From: a virus
Lineage: Duplodnaviria; Caudoviricetes
DNA length: 64,000 nt
Strand: one strand, 5' to 3'
Virus record (IMG/VR): IMGVR_UViG_3300033076_001485
Location: 1-64,000 of that record
Shown here: positions 18,743 to 28,922 of the stretch, piece after piece
Position numbering within the stretch: the first letter of the stretch is position 1
Layout: the number at the start of each line of letters is the position of its first letter
Notes under the pieces: model-generated
The model's input: only the letters and a program-made list of their open reading frames with translations
Told to the model about the DNA's origin: nothing
Database searches by the model: none
Translations under genes and position numbers: made by a program

Positions 18743-19404
18743 AAATTGCTATTCTTACAACAGCAATAAATAGACCCGATCTTCATACCGTTGTTTTTGA
18801 AAAACTCTTTAAAAGTAATTTCTTAAAGAATATTGATGTTGACTGGTATATCAATATTGATGCTGTTCCTACTTTGAAAGATACATTTGAGTTGACACAA
18901 GAAAATTTTCTTTCTATCACTAAAAATAGCAATAGTCATCGTTCTATTAAAAATATTACATTTCTTAAGCAACAGACACCAGATTTTAGAAATGCTTGCC
19001 GGATCTTATTAACAAAAGCACTTGAAAAAGAATATGATGCATATTTTTGGCTTGAAGATGATTGGGATTTAACCGATGTTGATCTTTCTCTTAAAGATAT
19101 GTTACCCCAAAAAGAATGGGACACTATATCTTTAAAATTAAGAAGTGAACCTTGCAATTTTAATCCTATGCTAATGAATAGAAAAATTGCAAGTTATCTA
19201 CTCCTTGGTTTAAACATGAATGATAGCGGCGATCCAGAAATTATCTTTGAAAAGTCTTGCTTGCATCTAATAAGAAATCACTTTATTCTACCAAAACTAT
19301 TTGAAGATCTCGGTAGAGACTGGATGAAAGATAAAAAAATTGTCAAGTGGAGTCGAAGAAATATCAAAGATCAACCTGTGACATACACTATTAAAGAAGA
19401 TTAA
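18739..19404 (+). CDS. GT-A fold glycosyltransferase-like protein
   Basis: ILTTAINRPDL N-terminus and YFWLEDDW acidic motif. Confidence 0.6.
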   Translation: MKIAILTTAINRPDLHTVVFEKLFKSNFLKNIDVDWYINIDAVPTLKDTFELTQENFLSITKNSNSHRSIKNITFLKQQTPDFRNACRILLTKALEKEYDAYFWLEDDWDLTDVDLSLKDMLPQKEWDTISLKLRSEPCNFNPMLMNRKIASYLLLGLNMNDSGDPEIIFEKSCLHLIRNHFILPKLFEDLGRDWMKDKKIVKWSRRNIKDQPVTYTIKED

Positions 19405-19405
19405 A

Positions 19406-20128
19406 ATGTCAAATAAACTATCACGTTTTGTATTTGTAATACCTGCTTATAATGCTGAAAGTACAATTACACAAACTTTATTGTCAATTCTTTCACAAAC
19501 TCATAGAAACTGGAAAGTCATAATTCGTGACGATTTGTCAACAGACAATACAGTTAAAGTTGCGCAAGGTTTTAGAGATTACATGAATCTCGGTGAAAAA
19601 ATTGAAATACAAGTTAATCATGAGAAAAAGTGGGAAGTACAAAATGTCATAGAAATGATTCATCAATGCAACGATGATGACATCATCTGCAGATTAGATG
19701 CAGATGATTGGCTCACAGATACAGACATCTTGACTATTTTAAATCACAGATACAGTGTAGAAGGTTATGATGCTGTCTGGACAGCACACAGGTGGGGCTT
19801 CTCTTCAACAAATATTTCGGCCCATCTCCCAGACAATGCTGATGTCTATAAACATCCATGGGTCACATCACACTTTAAAACATTTAGAAAATCATTGATT
19901 AATTCCATTTCAGACAAGAATTTTAGAAACGATGAGGGATCTTATTTTAAGAGAATTGGTGATCAGGCAATCTATCTTCCTGTACTTCATCTTGCTAAGA
20001 AACGTCGATTTGAACCCATAGTTGCATATCACTATTCAATTGACATGAAGCCTGAGACTTTTCAATCAGATGATGCAAAATTTCAAAAGAATGAAGCAGA
20101 ATTTTTAAGGAATCGCGGATTTATTTAA
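19406..20128 (+). CDS. Glycosyltransferase family 2
   Basis: VIPAYNAE, DDLSTDNT and LDADDWL. Confidence 0.88.
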   Translation: MSNKLSRFVFVIPAYNAESTITQTLLSILSQTHRNWKVIIRDDLSTDNTVKVAQGFRDYMNLGEKIEIQVNHEKKWEVQNVIEMIHQCNDDDIICRLDADDWLTDTDILTILNHRYSVEGYDAVWTAHRWGFSSTNISAHLPDNADVYKHPWVTSHFKTFRKSLINSISDKNFRNDEGSYFKRIGDQAIYLPVLHLAKKRRFEPIVAYHYSIDMKPETFQSDDAKFQKNEAEFLRNRGFI

Positions 20129-20129
20129 T

Positions 20130-21038
20130 ATGAAAATTCTTATCAATAGAAGAGAAGTTGATGGACCATGGGGCGGTGGCAATCTTTTTGTCAAAGCTTT
20201 TGTTCAAGAAATGACAAAATTAGGACATCATGTTATTCATAAATTTGAGAAAGATATTGATCTAATTTTTGTGCAAGATCCAAGACCAGATGAACTAGGA
20301 ATTTCTATTAATGAAATTATTTCCTATAAGAAAAATCATCGTCCACAAACAAAAATTGTGCAAAGAATTAATGAGTGTGATGCCAGAAAAGGAACAAATG
20401 ACGTTGATTTTTTATTGAGAGAGTGCAGCAAATATATTGATCATACAATTTTTGTCTCCAAGTGGATGAAAGACTATCATATTTCACGTGGGTGGCATTG
20501 CAACAGTAATTCTATTTTAGTCAATGGCGTTGATGATTCTTTTATTTCAAGAGAAAAGATTAATAACGGAAAACTTAATATAGTCACACATCACTGGTCA
20601 AATAACTACATGAAAGGATTTGACGTCTATGATCTAATTGATGAAGAAGTTGGTAAACGTGACGATATAACTTTTTCTTACATTGGTCGCGAAAGAGGAA
20701 CATTTAAAAATACAAATGTTATTTCACCACTTTACGGAGAAGCTTTAGCTAAAGAACTAGGTAAATACGATCTTTATATCAGTGCATCAAAATTTGATCC
20801 AGGACCAAACCATGTTCTTGAAGCAATCGCATGCAACATACCAACATATGTTCACAAAGATGGTGGCGGTGCAGTTGAGTTTGCTGATAGCAAACATGTC
20901 TATGACACATGGCAAGAAGTTTTAAATTTAATCAATAAAAGACAGATCATTCCAAATGAATACAAAACAAAATCATGGTCACACTGTATCCTTGAATTAA
21001 GCACGATACTCAATGAGATTGCACTTCTCAAACGTTAA
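20130..21038 (+). CDS. Glycosyltransferase, GT-B (GT4-like)
   Basis: GPWGGG, NGVD, KGFD, SKFDPGPNHVLEAIACNIP. Confidence 0.8.
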   Translation: MKILINRREVDGPWGGGNLFVKAFVQEMTKLGHHVIHKFEKDIDLIFVQDPRPDELGISINEIISYKKNHRPQTKIVQRINECDARKGTNDVDFLLRECSKYIDHTIFVSKWMKDYHISRGWHCNSNSILVNGVDDSFISREKINNGKLNIVTHHWSNNYMKGFDVYDLIDEEVGKRDDITFSYIGRERGTFKNTNVISPLYGEALAKELGKYDLYISASKFDPGPNHVLEAIACNIPTYVHKDGGGAVEFADSKHVYDTWQEVLNLINKRQIIPNEYKTKSWSHCILELSTILNEIALLKR

Positions 21039-21912
21039 TTTTTCTTCCAACACAGGGCCCAATACATTTGCGTATCGTCTTGCTGATGGTTTGACAAGAC
21101 GTGGATATCAAATTGTCGATCATAATGATGAATATGATGTATTCCTATGTTTTATAGAGCCTGCATCACGTCCTAGAGGCGGATCAAAATTTATTCAAAG
21201 GCTTGATGGCATCTGGTTTAAACCAGACCAATATGAAACCCACAATAGAGGGATAAGGTGGGCATATGATAATTGTCACCACGTAGTCTGGCAATCAGAA
21301 TTTGATAAGAAGATGACTGAAAAATGGTGGGGGCAAAAGGCAGGCTCAGTTATTCATAATGGAATTTCTAATGAAAAAATTGATATTTCTCCAGAACTCT
21401 TAGATTTAAAGAGGCAGTCTGGAAGAATATTCACATGCTCTGCAAACTGGCATCGTCAAAAGCGTCTCAAAGAAAATATTGAATTATTTCAAAAAATTGC
21501 AGCTAATAACGATAGATTGATTGTCTTGGGTTCTAATCCAGATTATCTAGTCGAAGATTCAAGAATTATTTATGCGGGATCACAGCCACATAATATCTGT
21601 CTACAGATTTATGCAATATCTGACTGGTTTATACACCTTGCATGGATTGATCACTGCCCAAACGTCGTAGTAGAAGCTTTGTCTCAAGGATGCCCAGTTA
21701 TTTGCACTGACTCAGGTGGAACTCAAGAAATTGTTAAAAATAACGGTCATATCTTGAAAGAAGACAATCAATACCTGTTTCAGTTATGTGATTATGATAA
21801 ACCGCCAGATATTAATTTTGATAAATTTGTTATTTCTGAAAGAATAAAAGTAGAAAATTATTATCTTGATATTGAAAAGGTATGTGACAAATATGAAATC
21901 ATCTTTAAATAG
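21013..21912 (+). CDS. Glycosyltransferase, GT-B (GT4-like)
   Basis: VIHNG, DHCPNVVVEALSQGCPVICTDSGGTQE. Confidence 0.82.
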   Translation: MRLHFSNVNFSSNTGPNTFAYRLADGLTRRGYQIVDHNDEYDVFLCFIEPASRPRGGSKFIQRLDGIWFKPDQYETHNRGIRWAYDNCHHVVWQSEFDKKMTEKWWGQKAGSVIHNGISNEKIDISPELLDLKRQSGRIFTCSANWHRQKRLKENIELFQKIAANNDRLIVLGSNPDYLVEDSRIIYAGSQPHNICLQIYAISDWFIHLAWIDHCPNVVVEALSQGCPVICTDSGGTQEIVKNNGHILKEDNQYLFQLCDYDKPPDINFDKFVISERIKVENYYLDIEKVCDKYEIIFK

Positions 21913-22846
21913 CAAACAATTAAAGGTTTATGTCCTTGCGCCTAACGAAGACTGGATTGTCGATCGTTTTGTCCAAGAGTGGAATGAAAATTCTAAACTA
22001 CCTGTTTGTAGCAAACCAAGAGATGCTGATGTTATCTGGTTATTAGCCGACTGGGCATGGAAAAATTTACTTAATCAAATAAGTTTCGAAGAGTTACAGA
22101 AAAAAATTGTTGTAACAACAGTTCATCACATTGTTCCTGAAAAATTTGGACCAAATGAGCAGCATGATTTTGCTGTGAGAGATTACATCACAACTTGTTA
22201 TCATGTGTACAATGAGCATACAGCAAATTTTATTTCAAAATTTACTAGAAAGCCAATTAAGTTGATAAGATATTGGGCAAATGATAAATTTTGGAATTTA
22301 GATATGTCTAAAGAAGATGCTAGAAAATCATTGAATCTAAAAATAGATGATTATATCATAGGCTCATTCCAGCGTGACACAGAAGGACATGATCTTAGGA
22401 CACCTAAGCTTGAAAAAGGCCCTGATTTATTTTGTGACTACGTAGAGTCTATCGCAAAAACTAAAAATAACATACACATTTTGCTCGGCGGTTGGCGTAG
22501 ACAATTTGTTATTTCTAGACTAGCACAGGCAGGTATACCTTACACATACATGGAAAGACCTAATCTTGAAATAGTAAGACAAATGTATAGAGCACTAGAC
22601 ACCTATGTCGTCTCAGCCAGATGTGAAGGTGGGCCACAAGCGCTAATTGAAACAGGAATGATGAAAGTACCATGCGTCTCTAGAGATATTGGAATAGCTA
22701 GACAAGTGTTATCACCTATTTCAATAAATAATGATTTAACACAAACAAATCCATCTATTCCAAATATTGAATCAATGCATATGGAAAAAATTATTCCACT
22801 TTATGTTAATTTTTTTGAAGATATTGCATCTAGTATAGTACAATAA
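21893..22846 (+). CDS. Glycosyltransferase, GT-B (GT4-like)
   Basis: EKGPD, YVVSARCEGGPQALIE...PCVSRDIG; ATG 21893 preferred over TTG 21866. Confidence 0.8.
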   Translation: MKSSLNSKQLKVYVLAPNEDWIVDRFVQEWNENSKLPVCSKPRDADVIWLLADWAWKNLLNQISFEELQKKIVVTTVHHIVPEKFGPNEQHDFAVRDYITTCYHVYNEHTANFISKFTRKPIKLIRYWANDKFWNLDMSKEDARKSLNLKIDDYIIGSFQRDTEGHDLRTPKLEKGPDLFCDYVESIAKTKNNIHILLGGWRRQFVISRLAQAGIPYTYMERPNLEIVRQMYRALDTYVVSARCEGGPQALIETGMMKVPCVSRDIGIARQVLSPISINNDLTQTNPSIPNIESMHMEKIIPLYVNFFEDIASSIVQ

Positions 22847-22896
22847 TTTGTTGTCCATATTGATTATGAATATTGACAAGAAATATTAGAAAGCAA

Positions 22897-23751
22897 ATGA
22901 TAAAAAATAAAAAATTTGTTGTCTACACAACTGCGACGAATGCAGAAAGTCTAGGTTACATGACAACGCTTAAAGCATCAATTGAGTCCATAACAAAACA
23001 TAATTTTGTTGATGATTTCTACATTTTAGATGGACATTCAATAGATAATACGAATCTCCTCTTAAACAAAGAGAAGATTAATAATAATAAAATTTCAATT
23101 CTAACATCACCTGTCTGGAAAAAAGAAAGTTGGACATGGGAAACTTTGTTAGAGCAATATAATTTCTTTTACGAATTTATATCAAATGAATGTTCCAGCA
23201 TAAACAATGACATTATTGTTCTTTATCAATGCTCTGATCAAATCTGGACAGATGACTATGCTAATGAACTGCACAGTAATCTTGTCAATATGATCGATAA
23301 TAATTTTGATTACATCATTTCACCATTTAGAAAGATGATAAACAAGAATTATGTTACATCGATCTATGATTATGATCCTTTATTTTCTGTATATTGTTCT
23401 CTTAGATTTCGGCCAGGTCATAAGTACCAGGTCGCAGGTCGGGAAGATTCATTAAAATCTAGCTTCCCAACAAGAAAGATGATGACTAAATTTAAAAATT
23501 CATCTATTTCATATGACATGACATTTTTTACTCGACAAAATCTAAAAGATAAGATCGTTCACCACCAGTGTGGAATAGTTGAAAAAGAGATCGATGATTA
23601 TATTAAAAATGGATTTTTACGAAAATGCTTAAGAACTTCTCCAAGAAAAATTTTAATTGATAGCCACCCAATTGAAATAAGAGAACAAATAAGGCATATA
23701 AACAGTGATCTGTTTGGTTATGATTGTTTTGGACACTTTAAGGATTTGTAA
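22897..23751 (+). CDS. Divergent GT2-like protein
   Basis: SIESI...FYILDGHSIDNT resembles the GT2 half of 16874-18742; the DxD position reads CSDQ. Confidence 0.5.
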   Translation: MIKNKKFVVYTTATNAESLGYMTTLKASIESITKHNFVDDFYILDGHSIDNTNLLLNKEKINNNKISILTSPVWKKESWTWETLLEQYNFFYEFISNECSSINNDIIVLYQCSDQIWTDDYANELHSNLVNMIDNNFDYIISPFRKMINKNYVTSIYDYDPLFSVYCSLRFRPGHKYQVAGREDSLKSSFPTRKMMTKFKNSSISYDMTFFTRQNLKDKIVHHQCGIVEKEIDDYIKNGFLRKCLRTSPRKILIDSHPIEIREQIRHINSDLFGYDCFGHFKDL

Positions 23752-24344
23752 TGAGCTATAAATTTATTGCCGATGATTGGTTCTCTCAGAATATTAAGCT
23801 ATTTAAGAATTATTTTGACGTCTTTCGTAACAAAGATAATTGCGCATATCTTGAAATTGGTGTTTGGGAGGGCAGGTCTGCAACATGGATTTTAGATAAC
23901 ATTTTAACTGGAAAAAATTGTACTGGTTATTTTGTAGATCCATGGCTTCGTTACGATGAGCTAAATGATAAACAAGCATCATGGCACAGTGTTGCAGAAG
24001 AAAATTTTGATTACAATATGAAGATGTCATCTATCAAAAATAATGTCAATGTTGTAAAAATGAAGATGAAATCTGCTGATGCTGTTAGGCAGATAGAAAC
24101 AAGTTCTATTGATTTTGCGTATATTGATGGCTCTCACTCTGCACCCGACGTTCTTGAAGATATTGTAACAACATGGCGAGTCTTAAAGCCCGGCGGAATT
24201 GTTGTTGTAGATGACGTCATGTATGGAAAATTTAGAGGTACAAACAGAGATCCTGCACTTGCCGTAACAGCTTTTTGCAATTGTCACAAAGATGATGCAC
24301 TTATTAAGTTTAATCAACACTCTCTAGTCATGGAGAAGAAATGA
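23751..24344 (+). CDS. Class I SAM-dependent methyltransferase (Methyltransf_24-like)
   Basis: YLEIGVWEGRS, YIDGSH, LKPGGIVVVDD. Confidence 0.88.
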   Translation: MSYKFIADDWFSQNIKLFKNYFDVFRNKDNCAYLEIGVWEGRSATWILDNILTGKNCTGYFVDPWLRYDELNDKQASWHSVAEENFDYNMKMSSIKNNVNVVKMKMKSADAVRQIETSSIDFAYIDGSHSAPDVLEDIVTTWRVLKPGGIVVVDDVMYGKFRGTNRDPALAVTAFCNCHKDDALIKFNQHSLVMEKK

Positions 24345-24982
24345 ATTACGTTGATTTTCTAAAAAAATGCATTATTGATGCAACAAATCATGTTTCTAGC
24401 ATACCAAATAGTTCTGATATATTAAGAATAGAAGGTATGTCTAGTACCAAAGTTAGACACTTGCTCAATAATGTATGTTCATTACCTGATGCAAGGTACC
24501 TAGAAATTGGCACATGGAAAGGCTCAACTCTAATTTCTGCTTTATACAGCAACATGCACGTTGATGCGACCTGTATCGAAAACTTCTCAGACTTTAAAGG
24601 ACCAAAAGAAGAATTTAAGTCAAATACAGAGACTAGAATCGGTCAAGGTTTAATTCCAAAGTTCCAGTTTATTGAGAATGATTGCTTTCAAGTTAAATTG
24701 GATACAATTAAAAAGAAAAATATCTACTTCTTTGATGGCGGTCACACTGTAGAAGATCATATCAAGGCATTCACATATTATAATGATATTCTTGATGATG
24801 AATTTATTTGTATCGTCGATGACTGGAATCATAAGCATGATAATGTAAGAAAAGGCACTGAAGAGGCATTTAAGCAGTTATCTTACAAAGTCTTACACTC
24901 AGAAATTCTTCCTGCTAGATACAATGGTGACAAAGATCTCTGGTGGAATGGAATTTATGCTGCTGTAGTTAGAAAATCATAA
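24341..24982 (+). CDS. Class I SAM-dependent methyltransferase (Methyltransf_24-like)
   Basis: YLEIGTWKGST, FFDGGH, IVDDWN. Confidence 0.85.
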   Translation: MNYVDFLKKCIIDATNHVSSIPNSSDILRIEGMSSTKVRHLLNNVCSLPDARYLEIGTWKGSTLISALYSNMHVDATCIENFSDFKGPKEEFKSNTETRIGQGLIPKFQFIENDCFQVKLDTIKKKNIYFFDGGHTVEDHIKAFTYYNDILDDEFICIVDDWNHKHDNVRKGTEEAFKQLSYKVLHSEILPARYNGDKDLWWNGIYAAVVRKS

Positions 24983-24984
24983 AA

Positions 24985-26154
24985 ATGAAATCAGTAAGAA
25001 ACATCTTTATAGAAGATTATGGCAATCGTGCTCAATCTATGGGATTGCCATATCATTATTCACGACTTGGGCATAACGTGTTCATGCTCAAGCCTGGTGA
25101 ATTTAAAAGTGAATGGAATTGGAACAAAATTCCCATTTGGCCAAGGCTCTTACACAAGGAAGGGCGTGGATCAAATGTTAGAAATTTAAAAAATTATGAA
25201 AATATAGAAGTTCTTTTTGGTGAGGACAGCTTTTTACTCAAAGAACGTGATGAAATTTTAGAAACAACATACGATTGTGATTCACATGTCACACTTGTTT
25301 CTGAAGATGATCTAAAGACATTGGGTAAAGATATTGATGTTTTTCATACAACAGAATTTTGCATAGATGTCATCGACCATAGAATTGATTGGGCAAGAAA
25401 AACTTTACCAAACGCATCTTGGATATCATCTTGTTTCAATCCATCACATGTTAATAAGAGTCATCCTGGAAGTAATGATCCCGACAATGTTTGCATTTTA
25501 ATGCCTTCACCTTGCGAAGGTATGTTTCCTAATAAGAATCGTTTTCACATGTTTAGACATGAGTTTGAATTTGATCTATTGGGTGTTAATAGAAGAATTA
25601 GAAAAGAAAAAAGCAGACTTATATCTTCATTTATGAACAATTTTAGTGTAAGAGATCCAGAATATTATTCTATTTTTAAATTACTAGAGCCTGAGTTTAA
25701 TAAGAAGAATATTGAACTTGTGAATTTTGGTGCAAATATTAGAGCTGTTGGTGCAGATATACGATACTCGGGCGGTGGGCCAACAGGATCTAACTTCGAA
25801 ACACTAAGTGTTAGACAATCATGCTTCAAATATTATGAATCTAGAGCGGTCCTCCACATGAAGGGTCTAGATTGGGCTGGTGGTGTACCGGCTCATGCGC
25901 AGATGAGTTGTACACCATTTGTCACCATAACTCCCTTTATTTTAGCTTCAAATTATAATAAATTTTATAATATTAATACAGGCACTGTTGTGTGCAATAG
26001 CGTAGAAGAAATTTATTCCTCAATTATTCAAATAGTTGAAGATGATAATATTCACAAAGAGCTCTGCAACAGAATGTCTAGAATGCCAGAAATTTTATTT
26101 GACACAGATTATTGGAATAGATTTGATCAATTTGTTGAAAAATCAATAAAATAA
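24985..26154 (+). CDS. Putative GT-B-like protein
   Basis: LGHNVF N-terminus and VLHMKGLDWAGGVPAHAQMSCTPFV resembling the GT-B donor-binding region; cluster context. Confidence 0.45.
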   Translation: MKSVRNIFIEDYGNRAQSMGLPYHYSRLGHNVFMLKPGEFKSEWNWNKIPIWPRLLHKEGRGSNVRNLKNYENIEVLFGEDSFLLKERDEILETTYDCDSHVTLVSEDDLKTLGKDIDVFHTTEFCIDVIDHRIDWARKTLPNASWISSCFNPSHVNKSHPGSNDPDNVCILMPSPCEGMFPNKNRFHMFRHEFEFDLLGVNRRIRKEKSRLISSFMNNFSVRDPEYYSIFKLLEPEFNKKNIELVNFGANIRAVGADIRYSGGGPTGSNFETLSVRQSCFKYYESRAVLHMKGLDWAGGVPAHAQMSCTPFVTITPFILASNYNKFYNINTGTVVCNSVEEIYSSIIQIVEDDNIHKELCNRMSRMPEILFDTDYWNRFDQFVEKSIK

Positions 26155-26200
26155 TGACATTCATGAACTACATGTTATGATTATTAAAAGAGGTTGTTTA

Positions 26201-27175
26201 ATGTCAATCGGGGTTATTGGTCAAGGTTTTGTCGGTGGAAGTCTTACGACAGTCTTTTCTGAAAGAGGCGAAACTGTCTACACGTATGATAAAGCAGGTA
26301 AAAAAGCACCTGGAGGTATTAACTGTTTCAACCACACAAACTCTCGCGACGCAGATATTCCTGACTCAATTTCAAAATTTGTTCAAGAATGCGAGAGTAC
26401 AACCGGATTCTCTGGCGTGTTTTTCGTTTGCGTACCGACACCAATGTATGAGGACGGAACAGCAGATACTTCGATTGTTGAGGGAGTTTTGGCCGAGATC
26501 GCTAACACTTCTTATAGCTCAGATTCAACCGAGAGAGTTGCTGTGGTAAAGTCCACGGTTCCACCCGGTTCAACTGAGATCTGGAACAAGAAGTTCAACG
26601 ATAAGGGCCTTCATGTTGTCTTCAATCCAGAGTTTCTAACTGAGGCGAACGCTGTGAATGATATGCGAGAGCAGAATCGAATCGTTCTAGGCGGCCCACG
26701 TCCTTACATCAATACTGTTAAGAATGTATTCCAGCGAGCTTTTCCAAAAGTTCCGATTGTTAAGACTAGCTCTACAACAGCAGAGATGGTTAAGTACGTG
26801 ACTAATTGCATGCTAGCTGTTAAGGTATCATTTGCCAATGAGATCGCACAGATTTGTGAGGCTCTCGACGCCGATGGACTTAACATTGACTACGATAAGG
26901 TGGTTGAGTACGCCAAGTTTGATCGTCGTCTAGGTGATTCTCACTGGTCCGTTCCAGGTCCAGTTCCAACACACGATGGTCGTTACGTTCGTGGATTTGG
27001 TGGCCACTGTTTCCCGAAAGATATCAACGCATTGATGAGTGTCGCTCGTCATTATGACGTCAAGCCGACTGTGATGCAAGCAGCTTGGGCAAAGAATCTA
27101 GAGATTCGAGGACCGAACGATAGGGACTGGGAGAAACAGATTGGTCGCGCCGTCAGCAAGAGGAATAATCGTTGA
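26201..27175 (+). CDS. ugd: UDP-glucose/GDP-mannose 6-dehydrogenase family protein (no C-terminal domain)
   Basis: GVIGQGFVG, CVPTP, KSTVPPG, NPEFL, AEMVKY and catalytic GFGGHCFPKD; ATG 26201 follows AGAGG. Confidence 0.88.
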   Translation: MSIGVIGQGFVGGSLTTVFSERGETVYTYDKAGKKAPGGINCFNHTNSRDADIPDSISKFVQECESTTGFSGVFFVCVPTPMYEDGTADTSIVEGVLAEIANTSYSSDSTERVAVVKSTVPPGSTEIWNKKFNDKGLHVVFNPEFLTEANAVNDMREQNRIVLGGPRPYINTVKNVFQRAFPKVPIVKTSSTTAEMVKYVTNCMLAVKVSFANEIAQICEALDADGLNIDYDKVVEYAKFDRRLGDSHWSVPGPVPTHDGRYVRGFGGHCFPKDINALMSVARHYDVKPTVMQAAWAKNLEIRGPNDRDWEKQIGRAVSKRNNR

Positions 27176-28068
27176 GAGCACTTGTAACAGGTGGCGCTGG
27201 ATTTATCGGCTCCCATATCGTAGACGCGCTGATCGAGAGAGGAGAAGAAGTCATCTGCATCGATGATAAGTCTGCTCCACAGAACGGAGCGTTTTATTGG
27301 AACGATAAAGCTTCTAATTTTGTCGGTGATATCAGAAGCTCCGAGTTTCGAAAGCTTTATCAAGGAGTTGATTATGTATTTCATCTTGCGGCTAGATCAA
27401 GAATCCAGCCGACTGTAAACAGCCCGTCCGAGTGCTTCTCTGTCAACGTTCTGGGAACACAGGAGGTTCTTGAGGCAAGCAGGCTGGCAGGTGTCAAGAG
27501 AGTTGTGTACTCAGCATCTTCCTCTTACTACGGTCACGCTTCCAAACCACCTTTTATTGAAAGCGCTCCTAAGGGATGCGCGACCCCCTACTCTCTTTCC
27601 AAGTGGCAGGGTGAGGAGATTTGTGAGCTGTACACAAAGTTGTATGGTCTCTCGACAGTTTCTCTTCGATACTTCAATGTATACGGTCCTCGCGAACCCT
27701 TGAAGGGTGAGTACGCGCCAGTTATGGGCCTCTTCATGAGACAGAAAGCTGCAGGAGAGCCTATGACAATTGTTGGTGATGGAAATCAGCGCAGAGATTT
27801 CACGCACATCAGCGACGCTGTCAGAGCTAATCTGATTGCAGCTGAAAAGCCTTGGGTTGTGGGTCCCGTTAACATAGGGACTGGTAGAAACTACTCTATT
27901 AATGATCTGGCGAGAATGATTGGCGGCGATACGGTTCATGTTCCAGAGCGAGTTGGAGAAACTAGAGAAACTCTAGCATATGTCAATCGAGCAAAGGATT
28001 ATCTTGGATGGGAAGCAAAAGTCACATTAGAAGATTATTTGAATGAAAATATTCATTCTTTGTATTAA
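27172..28068 (+). CDS. NAD-dependent nucleotide-sugar epimerase/dehydratase (extended SDR)
   Basis: VTGGAGFIGSH, YSLSK (YxxxK), LRYFNVYGP, GDGNQRRDF. Confidence 0.92.
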   Translation: MRALVTGGAGFIGSHIVDALIERGEEVICIDDKSAPQNGAFYWNDKASNFVGDIRSSEFRKLYQGVDYVFHLAARSRIQPTVNSPSECFSVNVLGTQEVLEASRLAGVKRVVYSASSSYYGHASKPPFIESAPKGCATPYSLSKWQGEEICELYTKLYGLSTVSLRYFNVYGPREPLKGEYAPVMGLFMRQKAAGEPMTIVGDGNQRRDFTHISDAVRANLIAAEKPWVVGPVNIGTGRNYSINDLARMIGGDTVHVPERVGETRETLAYVNRAKDYLGWEAKVTLEDYLNENIHSLY

Positions 28069-28077
28069 AATGTTTAT

Positions 28078-28899
28078 GTGACTGTATCATTCCCAACTGG
28101 CAAACCACACGTATCATTCTCTGAAGTCAAGACATGGAAAGAGTGCGGCTGGCGACATAAACTTGTTCATATTGATAAGATTAGTGTATTCAAACCAAGC
28201 CACCATCTTGACTTTGGAAAAATAGTTCATGCCGAGCTTGAAGATTATCTCGAGCATAAAACATTTGATCTCGTTAGGATGAGAGACGCTCTTACCAAAG
28301 CATGGACAGAGAACGGTTTTGAGAATCTTGAAGCAGCGATCAAGGATGCTGAACAAATTCTTCAAGATATTCCTGCATTTCTTGATGAGACATTTCCTGA
28401 ATGGACATTCATGGCATCTGAGCATGAGCTATATGAAGAAATTCCAGGAAATGATATTAAATTCAAGGGTTTCGTCGACGGTATGATTCGTGCAAAGAAT
28501 TCTCGTGGAAAAGAAATTCTATGGATTGTTGACTGGAAGACAACTGCCTCACCTCGAGGCTGGTCAACTGACAAGAAGCGTGACTTTCTTATTCAAATGC
28601 AAGTCATGCTCTACAAGTTCTTCTGTGCCAAGAAGTTTGAGATTGATCCGAAAGATATTAAGTGCGGTTTCGTCTTGCTAAAGCGCGGAGCAAAACCAGG
28701 TAAAACATGTGAACTTGTAGAAGTCTCAGTTGGTCCCAAAGCCTTTGAAAAAGCAACTAAAGTTCTAAGTTCAATGATTTCTGCTGTAAGGGTAAACAAG
28801 CCTATCAAGAATAGGACATCATGCACATACTGTGAATTCAAAAATACTGAGCATTGCAGTGGCTCAAGTGAATATGCAGCGTTTACCAATTATAAATAG
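28078..28899 (+). CDS. PD-(D/E)XK nuclease, Cas4/AddB-like with probable Fe-S staple
   Basis: SFSE..W.EC N-terminus, GFVD...VDWKT, Q..LY, and C-terminal CTYC...C. Confidence 0.85.
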   Translation: MTVSFPTGKPHVSFSEVKTWKECGWRHKLVHIDKISVFKPSHHLDFGKIVHAELEDYLEHKTFDLVRMRDALTKAWTENGFENLEAAIKDAEQILQDIPAFLDETFPEWTFMASEHELYEEIPGNDIKFKGFVDGMIRAKNSRGKEILWIVDWKTTASPRGWSTDKKRDFLIQMQVMLYKFFCAKKFEIDPKDIKCGFVLLKRGAKPGKTCELVEVSVGPKAFEKATKVLSSMISAVRVNKPIKNRTSCTYCEFKNTEHCSGSSEYAAFTNYK

Positions 28900-28922
28900 G
28901 TCGTTATTATTCATTTATCCAC

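Noticed and set aside
28078-28899. Cas4-like gene as evidence of a CRISPR-Cas system
   Set aside because: No repeat-spacer array or other cas genes; intergenic gaps are too short to hold an array.
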